NCBI GenBank assembly: GCA_963716175.1
Contig: OY970296.1
Span: forward strand, 1 to 64,000
DNA length: 64,000 nucleotides
Source of the DNA: an uncultured Armatimonadetes bacterium
GTDB taxonomy: Bacteria > Armatimonadota > Hebobacteria > Hebobacterales > Hebobacteraceae
Reading direction: 5' to 3'
Below the pieces are notes generated by a model. That model was not told the origin of the DNA and made no database searches. It saw nothing but the letters and a program-made list of their open reading frames with translations. A program made the translations under genes and the position numbers. Of the stretch, positions 9,310-19,817 are shown one piece after another; positions within the stretch are counted from its first letter, which is position 1; each line of letters opens with the position of its first letter.

Positions 9310-10869
9310 ATGAGGAATCAGGGCATGGTGATGGGATTCAGGAGACGGTGGCTATTGCTGGCGATCGGGCTGCTCACCGCCTCCTCGGCGCGAGCAGCAG
9401 AGGCGGGCATTCGGTTCACGGTCACCGAGATCCCTCTCGGCAAGCTAACTGCGAGCATCCCCCTGGCGACCGTTCTCGTCAGCCCGGACAGCAGGAGACT
9501 CGCCTTCTCGACTGCGCGCGGCGGAAAATGGACGGTCGTGGTGGACGGAGTGGAGGGCAAGCGTTACGACCACATTGCCAAGAACAGTGTGATCTTCAGC
9601 CCGGACGGACGGCAGTTCGCCTATCCCTTCAGGCGAGACGAAAGATGGGCGGTCGCAGTTGGGGGTTCCGAACACCAATCATTCGACAGCATCGGGCAAA
9701 ATACTCTGCTCTTCGGCCCCGACGGCAAGCGCCTCGCCTATGTTGCCAGGAGCGGCGCAAAGTGGGCTGTCGTGGTGGACGGTGTCCCTGGGAAGGAGTA
9801 TGACGGCATCGTAGCGGGAAGCGTCGCCTTCAGCCCCGACGACAGGCGCCTGGCCTATGCCGCCCGGGATGGCACCCGGCGCTTCGCCGTGATTGATGGG
9901 GTCGAGGGCAAGGAGTATGCCGCAGTCTCGGGCCTCGTGTTTAGCCCGGACAGCACCCGCGTCGCTTACCTGGCAAGACGCGGCCAACGCCAGTTGGTGG
10001 TCGCGGATGGAGAGGAGGGGAAGGAGTATGAGGCGGTCAAGTCTCTCCAGTTCAGCCCTGACAGCAAGCGCTTCGCCTTTGTTGCTTTGCACGACGGGCG
10101 CCCGGTGGTCGTCGTGGACGGAGTGGAAGGCAAGGACTACGATGGGATCGCCTTCCTCCATTTCAGCCCCGATGGCGGCCGGGTGGCTTATGTCGCCATG
10201 CGGAATGGCAAAGAACGCGTCGTCGTGGATGGCGTAGAAGGGCCGGAGCGCGACGCGGTCGGTGTCGCAAGCCCGGTCTTCAGCTCGGACGGCAAGCGGA
10301 TGGCCTCGGCCTTCTCCCAGGGCGGAAAGTGGCTTATCACCCTGGATGGACAGCAGAGCAAGGCTTACGACGGAATCGGCAAGGGGAGCCCACTGTTCAG
10401 TCCCGACGGTCAGCATCTCGCCTGCCTCGCGAAACGCAACGGCAAGTGGCTGGTCGTACTAGACAGTATGGAGGGTCCTGAATTCGACGCCATTGGGGAA
10501 CGCGGTCCCGTCTTCAGCCCCGACAGCAAGTTGCTCGCCTATCCTGCCAGGCGGGGGAGCAGGTGGCAAGTAGTGGTGAACGGGGTGGGGACAAAGGAAA
10601 CCTATGATGGTTTCCTACGGGGGAGCAACCTGGTGTTTGACGGTCCGAAATCGCTGCACGCGATTGCCTTACGTGGGAACGACTTCATTCGCCTCGAGCT
10701 GCAAGTCCTGGGAGCTGATCCCGGCGCAACCGCCACGCAGCCGGGCCGCCCGATTTCATCGCCGAACCCCACGAAGCCGGTGGCTACTGGAAACCTCTAT
10801 CACGACTGGGACAGGGCAACAATCTGTCCCGAGGAGGGTGCAGTCCTCTTAGGAGGTGCTTGCGGCTAG
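9310..10869 (+). CDS. Secreted TolB/PD40-like beta-propeller repeat protein
   Basis: Signal peptide plus ~10-11 repeats of FSPDGxRxAYxAxxGxKWxVVVDGxEGKxYD. Confidence 0.85.
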   Translation: MRNQGMVMGFRRRWLLLAIGLLTASSARAAEAGIRFTVTEIPLGKLTASIPLATVLVSPDSRRLAFSTARGGKWTVVVDGVEGKRYDHIAKNSVIFSPDGRQFAYPFRRDERWAVAVGGSEHQSFDSIGQNTLLFGPDGKRLAYVARSGAKWAVVVDGVPGKEYDGIVAGSVAFSPDDRRLAYAARDGTRRFAVIDGVEGKEYAAVSGLVFSPDSTRVAYLARRGQRQLVVADGEEGKEYEAVKSLQFSPDSKRFAFVALHDGRPVVVVDGVEGKDYDGIAFLHFSPDGGRVAYVAMRNGKERVVVDGVEGPERDAVGVASPVFSSDGKRMASAFSQGGKWLITLDGQQSKAYDGIGKGSPLFSPDGQHLACLAKRNGKWLVVLDSMEGPEFDAIGERGPVFSPDSKLLAYPARRGSRWQVVVNGVGTKETYDGFLRGSNLVFDGPKSLHAIALRGNDFIRLELQVLGADPGATATQPGRPISSPNPTKPVATGNLYHDWDRATICPEEGAVLLGGACG

Positions 10870-10920
10870 TCGGGCTTCACGCTGATCGAGCTGTTGGTCG
10901 TGATCGCTCTGCAATAGTAG
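10870..10920 (+). pseudogene. Prepilin N-terminal remnant
   Basis: SGFTLIELLVVIALQ followed by TAG TAG. Confidence 0.7.
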
Positions 10921-11214
10921 AGTGTCTCCGAGGGGGGAGTGCGCGTATTGTGTGGCATTTGCATGAACGGGCTTGCCAACGATGACCTCCAAGCGCGCCC
11001 CGGGGCACTGGGCATCTCGTGGCGGATTCGGGCAGAAGGGACGATAGACACCCCCGAGCAGCAGAGCAGCAGTCCGCAGGCGCGGCGGAAGACAGCCCAT
11101 ACCTTGCCACGACCTGCGACGAACTGCGGGAACAGACCGCGAGCAGGCATTCCCCCGTCTGCCTCAACAGCACATCATGCCAGGACATCGCTTGGGCGCT
11201 CTCCGATCCGGCGC

Positions 11215-11640
11215 TCAACGAAGCCGGATGACGTAGTCCACCTTCACGGTGTAGTTGGTGTCGGCGCCGGGTGCGGTCGGAAACGTCGCCCAGCTCTCCA
11301 CGAGGGAATCCCTGGACAGCGGGCTGATGAACCCCAGACTCCACATGGATTCGTGGCCGTCATCCGTCTGGATCCAGGCGCTGCGCAGGGTCAGGCGCTT
11401 GGTCACTGTCGCGTCCGCGCCGAGAAACAGAGCGTGATTGTGCGATTGGAGGCTATACCCGAGGTGACCATTCGCCTGCCCCCCCACCGGTATCGAAGCT
11501 ACTGCGTACGGAAAGACATCGCCATGCCAATCCCGATCACCCGAGACGTTTGCCACGCCCAGGGCGACTCGGGCGCCCTGCTGCAAGGGAATGCGGTATT
11601 TCGCCTGGAAGACCGGCCCGCCACCCGATTCCGGCCCGCG
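11215..11640 (-). pseudogene. 5'-truncated outer-membrane beta-barrel-like gene
   Basis: Alternating beta-strand pattern (VFQAKYRIPL...VALGVANV...LFLGADA...YTVKVDYVI); no signal peptide or credible start. Confidence 0.5.
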
Positions 11641-12614
11641 AGGCCTTGGCGGAACCGGAGAAGGCGCGGCCGCCGGTGCCGGCCCAGGTGGAGCGTGGGG
11701 GGCTGCTCTTGGCCCCGGGGAAGTCCGAGGTCGAGTACCGGCTCTCCCTGGCGAACTTCTCCAGCAACACCATCTTCATTGACGGAATCGCCATCCTCCC
11801 GGTAATCGTGGTGGGGAACATCGCCCTCTAACGCACCCGCACTCACATCCTGATCGAGTCTTGGGCCTACCGGCTGGGGCTGCCGAACAACACTCAGTTC
11901 GAGCTCATGGTGCCATACCGCTACCAGCACAACCGAAACGCAGTCCCTGAGGCCACTCCGCCCAGAGAGACCCTCCAGGACGACCGCGGCGTAGGCGACA
12001 TCACGGCCGCGATCTATCACCAGCTCTCCGGCCGACACTGGGGCAGCGCCCTGGTGGCCGGCCTACAGCTCAAGTCCACCACAGGACGGGACATCTTTGA
12101 GACCATCCACCTCGTAACCATTGACGACGAGACACAAGTGGTGCAAGATGGCTTGCCGATGGGGACAGGGTTCTGGAGTGCGAAAGCAGTGCTGGCCGGG
12201 GTGCGGATCTCAGACCCGGCTGCGCTCTTCTGGAACCTAGGATACACCCGGAGCTTGCCCCGCGACCACGTGACCGTGTACCGTACCGACCCCACCACCG
12301 AGACGCCGGCGGGAGAGCAGGTGAAGGTCTCGCCGGGCGCCACCTTCGAGTACGGCTTCGGCCTGGGTTATGCCCTGAACCCCGACCTCTCGCTTAACCT
12401 GCAGTTCCAGCAGTCATTCACCCAGTCCACGCGCATCAGCGGAGCTGAAGCAGCCGGCTGGGTTGCCGGCTCCACGGTGAATGCGGCTATCTTGCGGTTG
12501 GGAGCGGTCTGGAGCACAAGCGCGCACTCGAGCACGGAGCTGTCGGTGAGCAATGGGCTTACCGCGGACTCGCCCGACTTCGTCGTGGAACTGCGTAAGG
12601 TCTACAGCTACTAG
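11638..12614 (+). pseudogene. Second FapF-like barrel, 5'-truncated, with an internal TAA
   Basis: QVERGGLLLAPGKSEVEY...GNIAL*RTRTHIL...VPYRYQ is collinear with 7929..9122; TAA at 11829-11831 where the paralogue has E. Confidence 0.85.
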
Positions 12615-12814
12615 CCTGCGTCGATCCCCGGGGCGCGAGTCGCCCCCGGCTGGCTGGTCCACGCGGTGGAGGACGAAAGTTGCGGAGGTTGCGGCTGCTG
12701 CTGGGAGTGGTTCTGGCCCTGTTGTCGGGCCTGGTCATGGGCCGGGCCTGGTCGGGTCACGCTGCCTCCTGGCCGTTCGGGATACTGCTGCTCGCATCTG
12801 TCCTTGTCAGGCAC
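12611..12814 (-). CDS. Possible small Q/P-rich hypothetical protein
   Basis: 67-aa ORF only, no motif. Confidence 0.2.
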   Translation of the reverse strand: MPDKDRCEQQYPERPGGSVTRPGPAHDQARQQGQNHSQQQPQPPQLSSSTAWTSQPGATRAPGIDAG

Positions 12815-12840
12815 CCGTGAAGCCGGCCTGACATCACGCC

Positions 12841-12861
12841 CGTAGTGTACCAGGATTCATC
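12841..12861 (+). mobile_element. Solo IS terminal-repeat copy (CGT-end family)
   Basis: CGTAGTGTACCAGGATTCATC resembles the ends at 35801, 46522 and 48781. Confidence 0.5.
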
Positions 12862-13088
12862 CAGCCCCCCCTCTTGTCCCACTTTCGCTGACACTTTACA
12901 CGCTTCCTGTTCACGGCTCTACTCCTCCTTCCCATCGCCCGCCGTGCCGTGATGCCCCGGCCGGTCCATCTCCACGCTAACTTCCGCCCCGGAGCACTTC
13001 CTTACCGGAACCTATTGCCCTGTTTCGCCTCATTCACCAAATGCCGGCGCCGAGTGGCAAGCACCCGCCCTGGAGTGCGCATCGGTCA

Positions 13089-14207
13089 CTACTGCACGAG
13101 CCGGACCGGCATCTGGTTGGCGATCGTCACGAGTATGGCGGTCAGGTCCTTGGAGTTTGGAGTGGAGTAGGCACGACCGAAGCCACGGACCAGGCCGGCG
13201 TTGAACTTAGCGTCGGCCCCCGAGAGGCCGTAGTTGCTCTGCGCGTCACGGTCCAGCGTCACAGTGAAGATGCTTATCCCGTCTTGCCAGCACCGGTTCG
13301 CCGCGTCGATTGCGGGCTGGCGGCGAGAGGAAGGTTCCGGCATCCCGTCGGAGACTAACACGATCACTTTCACAGCGTCGTCCGATCCCGTGTCATGGAA
13401 GATGGCGCGAGCGGTGTCAAACCCTGGCGCCATGTGGGTCCCGAGCCCAACGACTTTGGTGGCCGCGAACTTCCCAATGGTATCATGAATCAGCTGCATC
13501 GAATCAGGGATCCGGCTCAAGTCGAGCCAGCGCTTTGCTGTATCCACAAAGGTGACAAGCCCGACCCGATCTCCCGCCAGGTTCTGTTGGGCCATAGTCT
13601 GTACCAGCGCCCAATCGGCATCCTTCGCGTCCCCTATCTCCTCCGTGAACGAACGGCTGCAATCTTGAAGGATGACGATCTCCCTCTTGCCGACCATCGC
13701 GACGCCACTTGCGGATACGTCGGCCGCTTTGCGGCCGAAGACGTTGGCGAAGAACAGAGGCACCGGGCCGGCAGGTGAGCCATCGGTCCTGCGAGCAATG
13801 ACCATGGCGGCCGTCGCGTCGGCGAAGTACCCTCCTGGCTCGAACCGCTGCTGCGCCGAGTCATAGCTGCCGAAGATGATGTCGGCACTGGGATCGAGCC
13901 TCACGTTCGCTCCCGCCGCTCCGTTGGCCTGGGCCGCTGTTAGGGCCTCGACCTCGGCCTCAGTCCTGCTCTCTCCATCGCGGATAGCCGCTATGGCTGC
14001 CAACGCGCCCGCGTCCGCCGCGTTCTGCAGCTGCGCCCGTGTGACGTAAAGGTATCCGACGTCGACGGCGAGCGCCACGCAGCTAAGCAACACGACCATA
14101 AGGATGGCAGTCCAGACCAACACCGCGCCGCGCTGACGGTCTCTACAACCGCATCGCGCGCACACTCCGAATGCACTGACGTCACCAGTTCGCCTACCGT
14201 TCAGCAT
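13089..14207 (-). CDS. tadG: TadG-like pseudopilin with vWA domain
   Basis: RG|AVLVWTAILM...AVDVG...QLQNAADAGALA; vWA MIDAS DCSRS, GTH, VLVSDG. Confidence 0.88.
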   Translation of the reverse strand: MLNGRRTGDVSAFGVCARCGCRDRQRGAVLVWTAILMVVLLSCVALAVDVGYLYVTRAQLQNAADAGALAAIAAIRDGESRTEAEVEALTAAQANGAAGANVRLDPSADIIFGSYDSAQQRFEPGGYFADATAAMVIARRTDGSPAGPVPLFFANVFGRKAADVSASGVAMVGKREIVILQDCSRSFTEEIGDAKDADWALVQTMAQQNLAGDRVGLVTFVDTAKRWLDLSRIPDSMQLIHDTIGKFAATKVVGLGTHMAPGFDTARAIFHDTGSDDAVKVIVLVSDGMPEPSSRRQPAIDAANRCWQDGISIFTVTLDRDAQSNYGLSGADAKFNAGLVRGFGRAYSTPNSKDLTAILVTIANQMPVRLVQ

Positions 14208-14799
14208 CTGCCTGACACCTCCCACCCAGCATTAAGCGTAGCCAGTTACATTGTTCGACGCCATCGGGAAATCGTATGAACCGCGTCACCGATGGTACTA
14301 CTACCCGAGTATCAGGGAGGGATTCTCAGGGACGCTTGTAGCGCTAGCCGGCATCACACACTCGCTACCAGAGAATCCGTTTTCCGAGCCGTGAGTTCCA
14401 GTCCCGGAGGCCCAGGGTTCCAGGAGCGACGCAATCAGCATATGTGGAATCGTATGGCACCATTTCCTGGACACCACAGCCAGGCCTGGCATTCTGACGC
14501 TTTCCGGCATCTGACGTGACACGCAAGCTGTCAGATATGGAACAATCCATTCACCTGGCTGTGACGGCGTCCTGTACTTCCGCCCGTCACGAGCGGCAAC
14601 AACAGGTGTGGCGACTACACGGGGCGATGGCATGGGCCGACCCATGTACCGCAGAGCCAGACGCTCCAGCAAGCCGCAGCCGGACATCGCCCATGGCAGC
14701 CGAACTGGAGATACAAATCGGGGACTACTTGCCTCACTCATATCGTCTCGGCGCTCCTTCTCCGGTACACGGTGAGCGTCGCGTGATGATCCCTGCCCG

Positions 14800-15231
14800 T
14801 CAGAGCCTCGGCGAGCGCGGCCGAGAGCGGTCGGCCGCGCAGGCCAATCGCGAGAGGAAGCGAACCGGCCGTGCAGCCCGGTTGATGAAGGCACAGATGC
14901 CGTCTCTCATCTCCTCTACCTCCCCGATCAGAGCGTCGGGCTCCGAATCGCGATGCCGCTCACAGAAGTCGATGCTGAGTTTCAGCGCCGCGCAGAGATG
15001 GAACAACTCGCGCCGGAACTCACTTGACTCGTCGTTGGACCTAGGCGGGAGCAGGATTGGGGGAAGGCTGTGGACCCTCGGCATCGTGATGACCACCATC
15101 ACCGCGCACAGCGCGGTACTAGCGACGGCGCTGACCAGCGCCGCCAGCGTGAAGCCCAGGCCAAGCGCTGACAACCATGCTACTGCGATGAGCATTGACG
15201 CCAGAAACCGATACTGCGAGTTCGCCTTCAT
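14800..15231 (-). CDS. Small membrane protein with a HisKA_3-like hairpin and no ATPase domain
   Basis: Two TM helices, then EFRRELFHLCAALKLSID...EPDALIGEVEEMRDGI; divergent from a NarL regulator. Confidence 0.55.
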   Translation of the reverse strand: MKANSQYRFLASMLIAVAWLSALGLGFTLAALVSAVASTALCAVMVVITMPRVHSLPPILLPPRSNDESSEFRRELFHLCAALKLSIDFCERHRDSEPDALIGEVEEMRDGICAFINRAARPVRFLSRLACAADRSRPRSPRL

Positions 15232-15359
15232 CGAGCTACCTTTCTTGAGAACTCGTTCGTATGGCGCAGGGCTGTCAGCCCGCGTTCCGCCCAGCCACGT
15301 GGGTCTCAAGGGTCAGCGCATCGCCTTGCCCGAGGCCCTCTGAGCGGGGAAGCAGCGTC

Positions 15360-16034
15360 ATGGGGAAGCCGAACCATAAGCCGAAGGCCGTTGTCCGCAT
15401 CCTCATCGCCGATGCCTACCCATTCTTCCGGCGCGGTCTTCGTACGTTCCTGGAGGATATGCCAGAGTTCACCGTCACAGGAGAGACCGGCGACGCGGAG
15501 GAACTGCTTCGTCTCTGCCAAGCGCACCAACCTGGCGTCGTTCTGCTGGCTCTTGATCTACCCGGGTTCGACGGTAGTGTTCCCGTGGGCCTTCTGCGCG
15601 ATCGCGCGCCAAAGGCCAAGTACGTAGCTCTGGCCACTCCGGATAACGAAGAAGTCCTGGCCGCCTGTGTGGACGGCGGCCTCGACGGCTGCGTCATGAA
15701 GAATGCCGACCCTCCCACCATTCTGAGCGCCATCCGAGCTGTCAGCACTGGCGCGACCTGGTTCCAGCGCGAGTTGAGTGGTGAACTCTTCCAGGAACTC
15801 CGCAAGACGCGCAGTTCCGCACGCCAACGCGTCACTGCCGCCCTCAGCGAGCGAGAGAGCGAGGTGCTCTCCCTGCTGGCTGAAGGGCTTCGCAACGCCC
15901 AGATTGCCAAGCGTCTCTTCATCAGCGAGCGCACCGTGAAGGTGCATGTCTCCAAGATCTTCAGCAAACTGCAACTGCGGGATCGCGTGCAGGCAACCCG
16001 CTACGCGATTCGCACAGGCATGGTGCGTCCCTGA
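15360..16034 (+). CDS. NarL/LuxR-family response regulator with an atypical receiver
   Basis: LIADAY...VVLLALDLPG (phosphoacceptor D appears to be A); LuxR HTH LSERESEVLSLLAEGLRNAQIAKRLFISERTVKVH. Confidence 0.92.
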   Translation: MGKPNHKPKAVVRILIADAYPFFRRGLRTFLEDMPEFTVTGETGDAEELLRLCQAHQPGVVLLALDLPGFDGSVPVGLLRDRAPKAKYVALATPDNEEVLAACVDGGLDGCVMKNADPPTILSAIRAVSTGATWFQRELSGELFQELRKTRSSARQRVTAALSERESEVLSLLAEGLRNAQIAKRLFISERTVKVHVSKIFSKLQLRDRVQATRYAIRTGMVRP

Positions 16035-16131
16035 TCAGCGTGATCCGGCCAGCTTCGCCGACGCAGCCTTCCGCTCGACCGGCCCACGCCCGCCCGTCCA
16101 CGGTGAAGGCGCTGTTGCTTTCCTGCCTGCT

Positions 16132-16563
16132 CTACCAGGGCAGCCCAGCCAAGGGGTAGTAGCGCAGGAAGTTCGACCAGTCCTCGCCTGCACTCACCAC
16201 GTGGAGATTGTGGATGCATGCCCAGCTCAGATAGATGTTCACAGCCAGCAGCGGCGCAAGGCCAGAGAAGTGCCTGCGGGCTTCGATCCGCTCGACTAGT
16301 TTCAACATGACGAAGGCGAGTGACATCTTGATCGAGACTGCCAACACCGGCCATCGCATTACCCCTGACATGAAGCGATTGGCTTCATACGCTGCGCCTG
16401 CAGCCAGTCCGTCGTAAGTGATGAGCAGATCGAAGGCGTTCAGCCACAGCCATACCGCCATCGCCACGACCATGGTCCAGCTCCTCAGATCGAAGTCTGG
16501 CCGGTAGTAGCTGCATACCCTTCGCCATGCTTCCCGCGCCAAGGAGCGCTCATCCGCCCCCAT
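16132..16563 (-). CDS. DUF5658-like small membrane protein
   Basis: LNAFDLLIT..GL..G.YEAN..M motif; last gene of the tad operon. Confidence 0.7.
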   Translation of the reverse strand: MGADERSLAREAWRRVCSYYRPDFDLRSWTMVVAMAVWLWLNAFDLLITYDGLAAGAAYEANRFMSGVMRWPVLAVSIKMSLAFVMLKLVERIEARRHFSGLAPLLAVNIYLSWACIHNLHVVSAGEDWSNFLRYYPLAGLPW

Positions 16564-16569
16564 CTCCGG

Positions 16570-17493
16570 CTACTTGCCGAGGACCCTGAACAGATCGGCG
16601 AATCGGATCGCGGCCGGCCCCAGTATCACCACGAACAGCGCCGGGAAGATGAAGAAGACCAGTGGGAACAGCAGCTTCACCGGTAGCTTGGCCGCGGCCT
16701 CGCGTGCGCGCTCGGCTCGCCGCCTTCGCACCGCTTCCGCCTGAGTGCGCAGCACCTTGGCGATGCTCACGCCCATCGTCTCGGCCTGCTGAATCGCCGC
16801 CACAAACGACATCAGCTCCTGCACCTGTGTCCGTTGTCCCATATCTCGCAGGGCGTCTGCCCGCGATCGGCCCAGACGGACCTGCTCCAACACTCGCCGG
16901 AGCTCGTCTGGCAGGGGGCCCCTGCTCCGTTGCACCACTCGCTGGATCGCGCCTTCCAGTCCAATCCCTGCCTCAACGCTGACCACGAGGAAATCGAGCG
17001 CGTCCGCGAGGGCCCGGCGAATGGCGGCTTGCCGGCCTTCGATGATGCGCTGGAGCACGATGTCCGGCAGCCAGATGCCGATCCCTATGACTATCGCGAG
17101 CGCTGTCCCCCGCACTCCCCATGCCAGGTCCAGGTAAGCCAGCCCTATGATGCCGAGGGGGATCACCGCGGCGGCGGACAGCAGCTTGAGGCCGAGGTAC
17201 TCGATGAGGTTCGGGAAGCGAGGATTGCCCGCCATGTCGAGCTTCGCGCGGACTTTGTCGGCCACACCCGCAGGCGTGAGCTTCCTCGCCGCCCTGCCGA
17301 GCGCAGCCAGAGCCGGGCTCGCGACTCGCTCCATGAACCCAGGCCTCAGGTCGGCGCGTACGGAGTCGGCTGCCTCCGGCGGCAGCAGGTAGTCCTCAAT
17401 CCGCCCGGGCCTGGGCGCGACGCGGGCAGGGAGAATGCTTGCCACCAACAGCGATGCCGCCACAAACGCCAGCGCGCTGATAAGAAGTATCAT
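16570..17493 (-). CDS. tadC: Tad pilus assembly protein TadC (T2SSF)
   Basis: ALDFLVVSVEAG, RAREAAAKLPVKLLFPLVFFIFP. Confidence 0.95.
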   Translation of the reverse strand: MILLISALAFVAASLLVASILPARVAPRPGRIEDYLLPPEAADSVRADLRPGFMERVASPALAALGRAARKLTPAGVADKVRAKLDMAGNPRFPNLIEYLGLKLLSAAAVIPLGIIGLAYLDLAWGVRGTALAIVIGIGIWLPDIVLQRIIEGRQAAIRRALADALDFLVVSVEAGIGLEGAIQRVVQRSRGPLPDELRRVLEQVRLGRSRADALRDMGQRTQVQELMSFVAAIQQAETMGVSIAKVLRTQAEAVRRRRAERAREAAAKLPVKLLFPLVFFIFPALFVVILGPAAIRFADLFRVLGK

Positions 17494-17511
17494 GCTCGTT
17501 CTCCTCTTCGC

Positions 17512-18465
17512 CTAGAAGTCAAACCGGAGCATCCGCCGAATCACGAGCCCTCCCATGATCTGCAATGCCGCGGCGCCGGCGATGAGCAGATGCCCGAGAG
17601 TTGTCTGAAGGAGCGTAGCCATATAGGCCCGATTCAACGTAACCAGAATCACTGCCGCGCCCACCGGCACGAGGAACAGGACCACGCCAGACAGCCGAGC
17701 TTCGGCTGTGAGAGTGTCCATCTCGCCGCGCAGGCGATGACGCTCCCGGACCGTGGCGGCAACGGTCTCCATCAGCTCGGCCAGGTTCCCTCCGACGTCC
17801 ATCTGGATGAGAATGGCGGTTACCGCGATCTCCAGATCGGGCAGTGGCACTCGCTCCAGCAGGCGGCTGAGCGCACCCCCGACGGGGACACCGACCCTGC
17901 TTTCGTCAAGCACCTCCTTGAACTCCGACGAAATGGGTGGGACCATTCCGTCGGCCACTGCCTGGATCGCGCGCAGGACGCCATAGCCAGAGCGGAGCGA
18001 GGTTGCGATCAGCATCAGCGCATCTGGAAGCTGGTGCTCGAACCTGCGGAGTCGTCGCGCCTCCAGTGCCTTGAGCGCGGCTGTGGGGAGCGCTACGCCC
18101 ACAGCGATCGCCACCGCCGCCCCGAGCGCCTTGAAGACCAACCAGCCAGCGAGGGCGAGCGCCGCCACCAGCGCCAGACATGCGGCCGCGAACTCGCTGG
18201 GCCGCCAGTTCAGACCGGCGCGCTTCAGCTGTCGTTCAACAGAGCTGTACCGGCCGGCACGTTCCAGAAGGGAGGCTAGTTGGGGCAAGTGCTCTGCTCG
18301 CCCGTCCTGCTCTTCACGAAGCCGCTCTCCGTCGCCATCACGTTCGATCCTGCGAAGTCGGCGTCCGACGCGTCGCTCATCCGTGAACAGCACTCGAAGG
18401 ATGATGCCCGTGAGCAGGGCAACAACGGCAGCTGCCAGGGCAGGAATGACCCAGAGGTTCATCAT
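17512..18465 (-). CDS. tadB: Tad pilus assembly protein TadB (T2SSF)
   Basis: QLPDAL..LRSG, QMDVGGNLAE, TAEARLS. Confidence 0.95.
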   Translation of the reverse strand: MMNLWVIPALAAAVVALLTGIILRVLFTDERRVGRRLRRIERDGDGERLREEQDGRAEHLPQLASLLERAGRYSSVERQLKRAGLNWRPSEFAAACLALVAALALAGWLVFKALGAAVAIAVGVALPTAALKALEARRLRRFEHQLPDALMLIATSLRSGYGVLRAIQAVADGMVPPISSEFKEVLDESRVGVPVGGALSRLLERVPLPDLEIAVTAILIQMDVGGNLAELMETVAATVRERHRLRGEMDTLTAEARLSGVVLFLVPVGAAVILVTLNRAYMATLLQTTLGHLLIAGAAALQIMGGLVIRRMLRFDF

Positions 18466-19817
18466 TTATCCCTCCGTGGGGCGAATGTGTCCGGCGAAAG
18501 ATGCAATCCCTTGCTCTCCAGCAATCCAAGGAGCTTCGGACGCAGCCCGGTCGCCACGTGCTCACCCACTACCCTGCCTTCGGCGTCGACGCCGTGCTGC
18601 CGGTAGACGAAGATGTCTTGGAGCACGATCACATCGCCCTCCATTCCCTGGATCTCCGAGACATGTGTGACCTTGCGCGTGCCATCGCTGAACCGGTGCT
18701 GATGGACGATGAGGTGCATCGCAGATGCAATCTGCTCTCGGATTGCCCGCGCCGGCAGGTCCATGCCAGCCATCAGCACCATCGTTTCCAATCGTGCCAG
18801 AGTGTCCCGCGGGCCGTTGGTGTGAGCGGTGCTCAGCGAGCCGTCGTGGCCCGTGTTCATCGCCTGCAGCATGTCCAGCGCCTCGCCGCCGCGCACTTCA
18901 CCGACGATGATGCGATCGGGCCGCATGCGCAGAGAGTTGCGCACCAGCATGCGGATGGTGATCTCACCTTCACCCTCGAGGTTCTGCGGCCGGCTCTCCA
19001 GAGTCACCACGTGCTCCTGCTGCAGCTGCAGCTCCGCCGCGTCCTCGATGGTGACGATGCGCTCGCTGTTCGGAATGAAGGAAGACAGGACGTTGAGCGT
19101 GGTCGTCTTGCCGCTGCCCGTGCCGCCCGAGATGATGAGGTTCAGCCGTCCCGTTACGCATGCCCTGAGGAAGGCCATCGTCGCCGGGGTCATCGTGCCG
19201 AAGCTCAACAGGTCGTCGGCCGTGAACGGCACGCGAGAGAACTTGCGGATGTTGATGCAGGGCCCCACCAGAGACAGCGGCGGGATGATCGCATTCACGC
19301 GCGACCCGTCGGGCAAACGGGCGTCGACCATCGGGCTCGCCTCGTCGATGCGCCTGCCAATGGGGCTGACGATGCGGTCGATGACGTGGAGTACGTGGGC
19401 GTCGTCGCGGAACTGGACATCTGTCAAGAACAGCTTGCCGTCGCGCTCGACATAGACCTGATGCGGGCCGTTGACCATGATCTCGGTCAGGGTGGCGTCT
19501 TCGACGAGCGGCTGGATCGGGCCGTAGCCTGTCACTTCGTCATAGACTTCTCGCAGCACGCGGATGCGCGCACTGGTCGGCAATGCGGGTGTCTCTTGCC
19601 GGCTGACCTTGTCAAACGCCGCCCGGATCGCCTCCATCATCTGGTCCCGCGGGAGCGCCGCCAGTTTCCTCAGCTCCACGTCTTCCAGGAGCGAGGCGTG
19701 GACGCGGGCGACCAGCTCGAGGCGCTGCTCCTGCGCAGGCCATCCGCCCGCTGCTGTTTCAGACGCCGCCTCCGAAGGGCGGGTCCCTTGATGCTCTCTG
19801 GTCAATGCGCACATCAT
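18462..19817 (-). CDS. cpaF: Tad/Flp assembly ATPase CpaF/TadA
   Basis: Walker A GGTGSGKTT, LRMRPDRIIVGEVRG, AMNTGH; start overlaps the cpaE stop (TAATG). Confidence 0.97.
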   Translation of the reverse strand: MMCALTREHQGTRPSEAASETAAGGWPAQEQRLELVARVHASLLEDVELRKLAALPRDQMMEAIRAAFDKVSRQETPALPTSARIRVLREVYDEVTGYGPIQPLVEDATLTEIMVNGPHQVYVERDGKLFLTDVQFRDDAHVLHVIDRIVSPIGRRIDEASPMVDARLPDGSRVNAIIPPLSLVGPCINIRKFSRVPFTADDLLSFGTMTPATMAFLRACVTGRLNLIISGGTGSGKTTTLNVLSSFIPNSERIVTIEDAAELQLQQEHVVTLESRPQNLEGEGEITIRMLVRNSLRMRPDRIIVGEVRGGEALDMLQAMNTGHDGSLSTAHTNGPRDTLARLETMVLMAGMDLPARAIREQIASAMHLIVHQHRFSDGTRKVTHVSEIQGMEGDVIVLQDIFVYRQHGVDAEGRVVGEHVATGLRPKLLGLLESKGLHLSPDTFAPRRDK

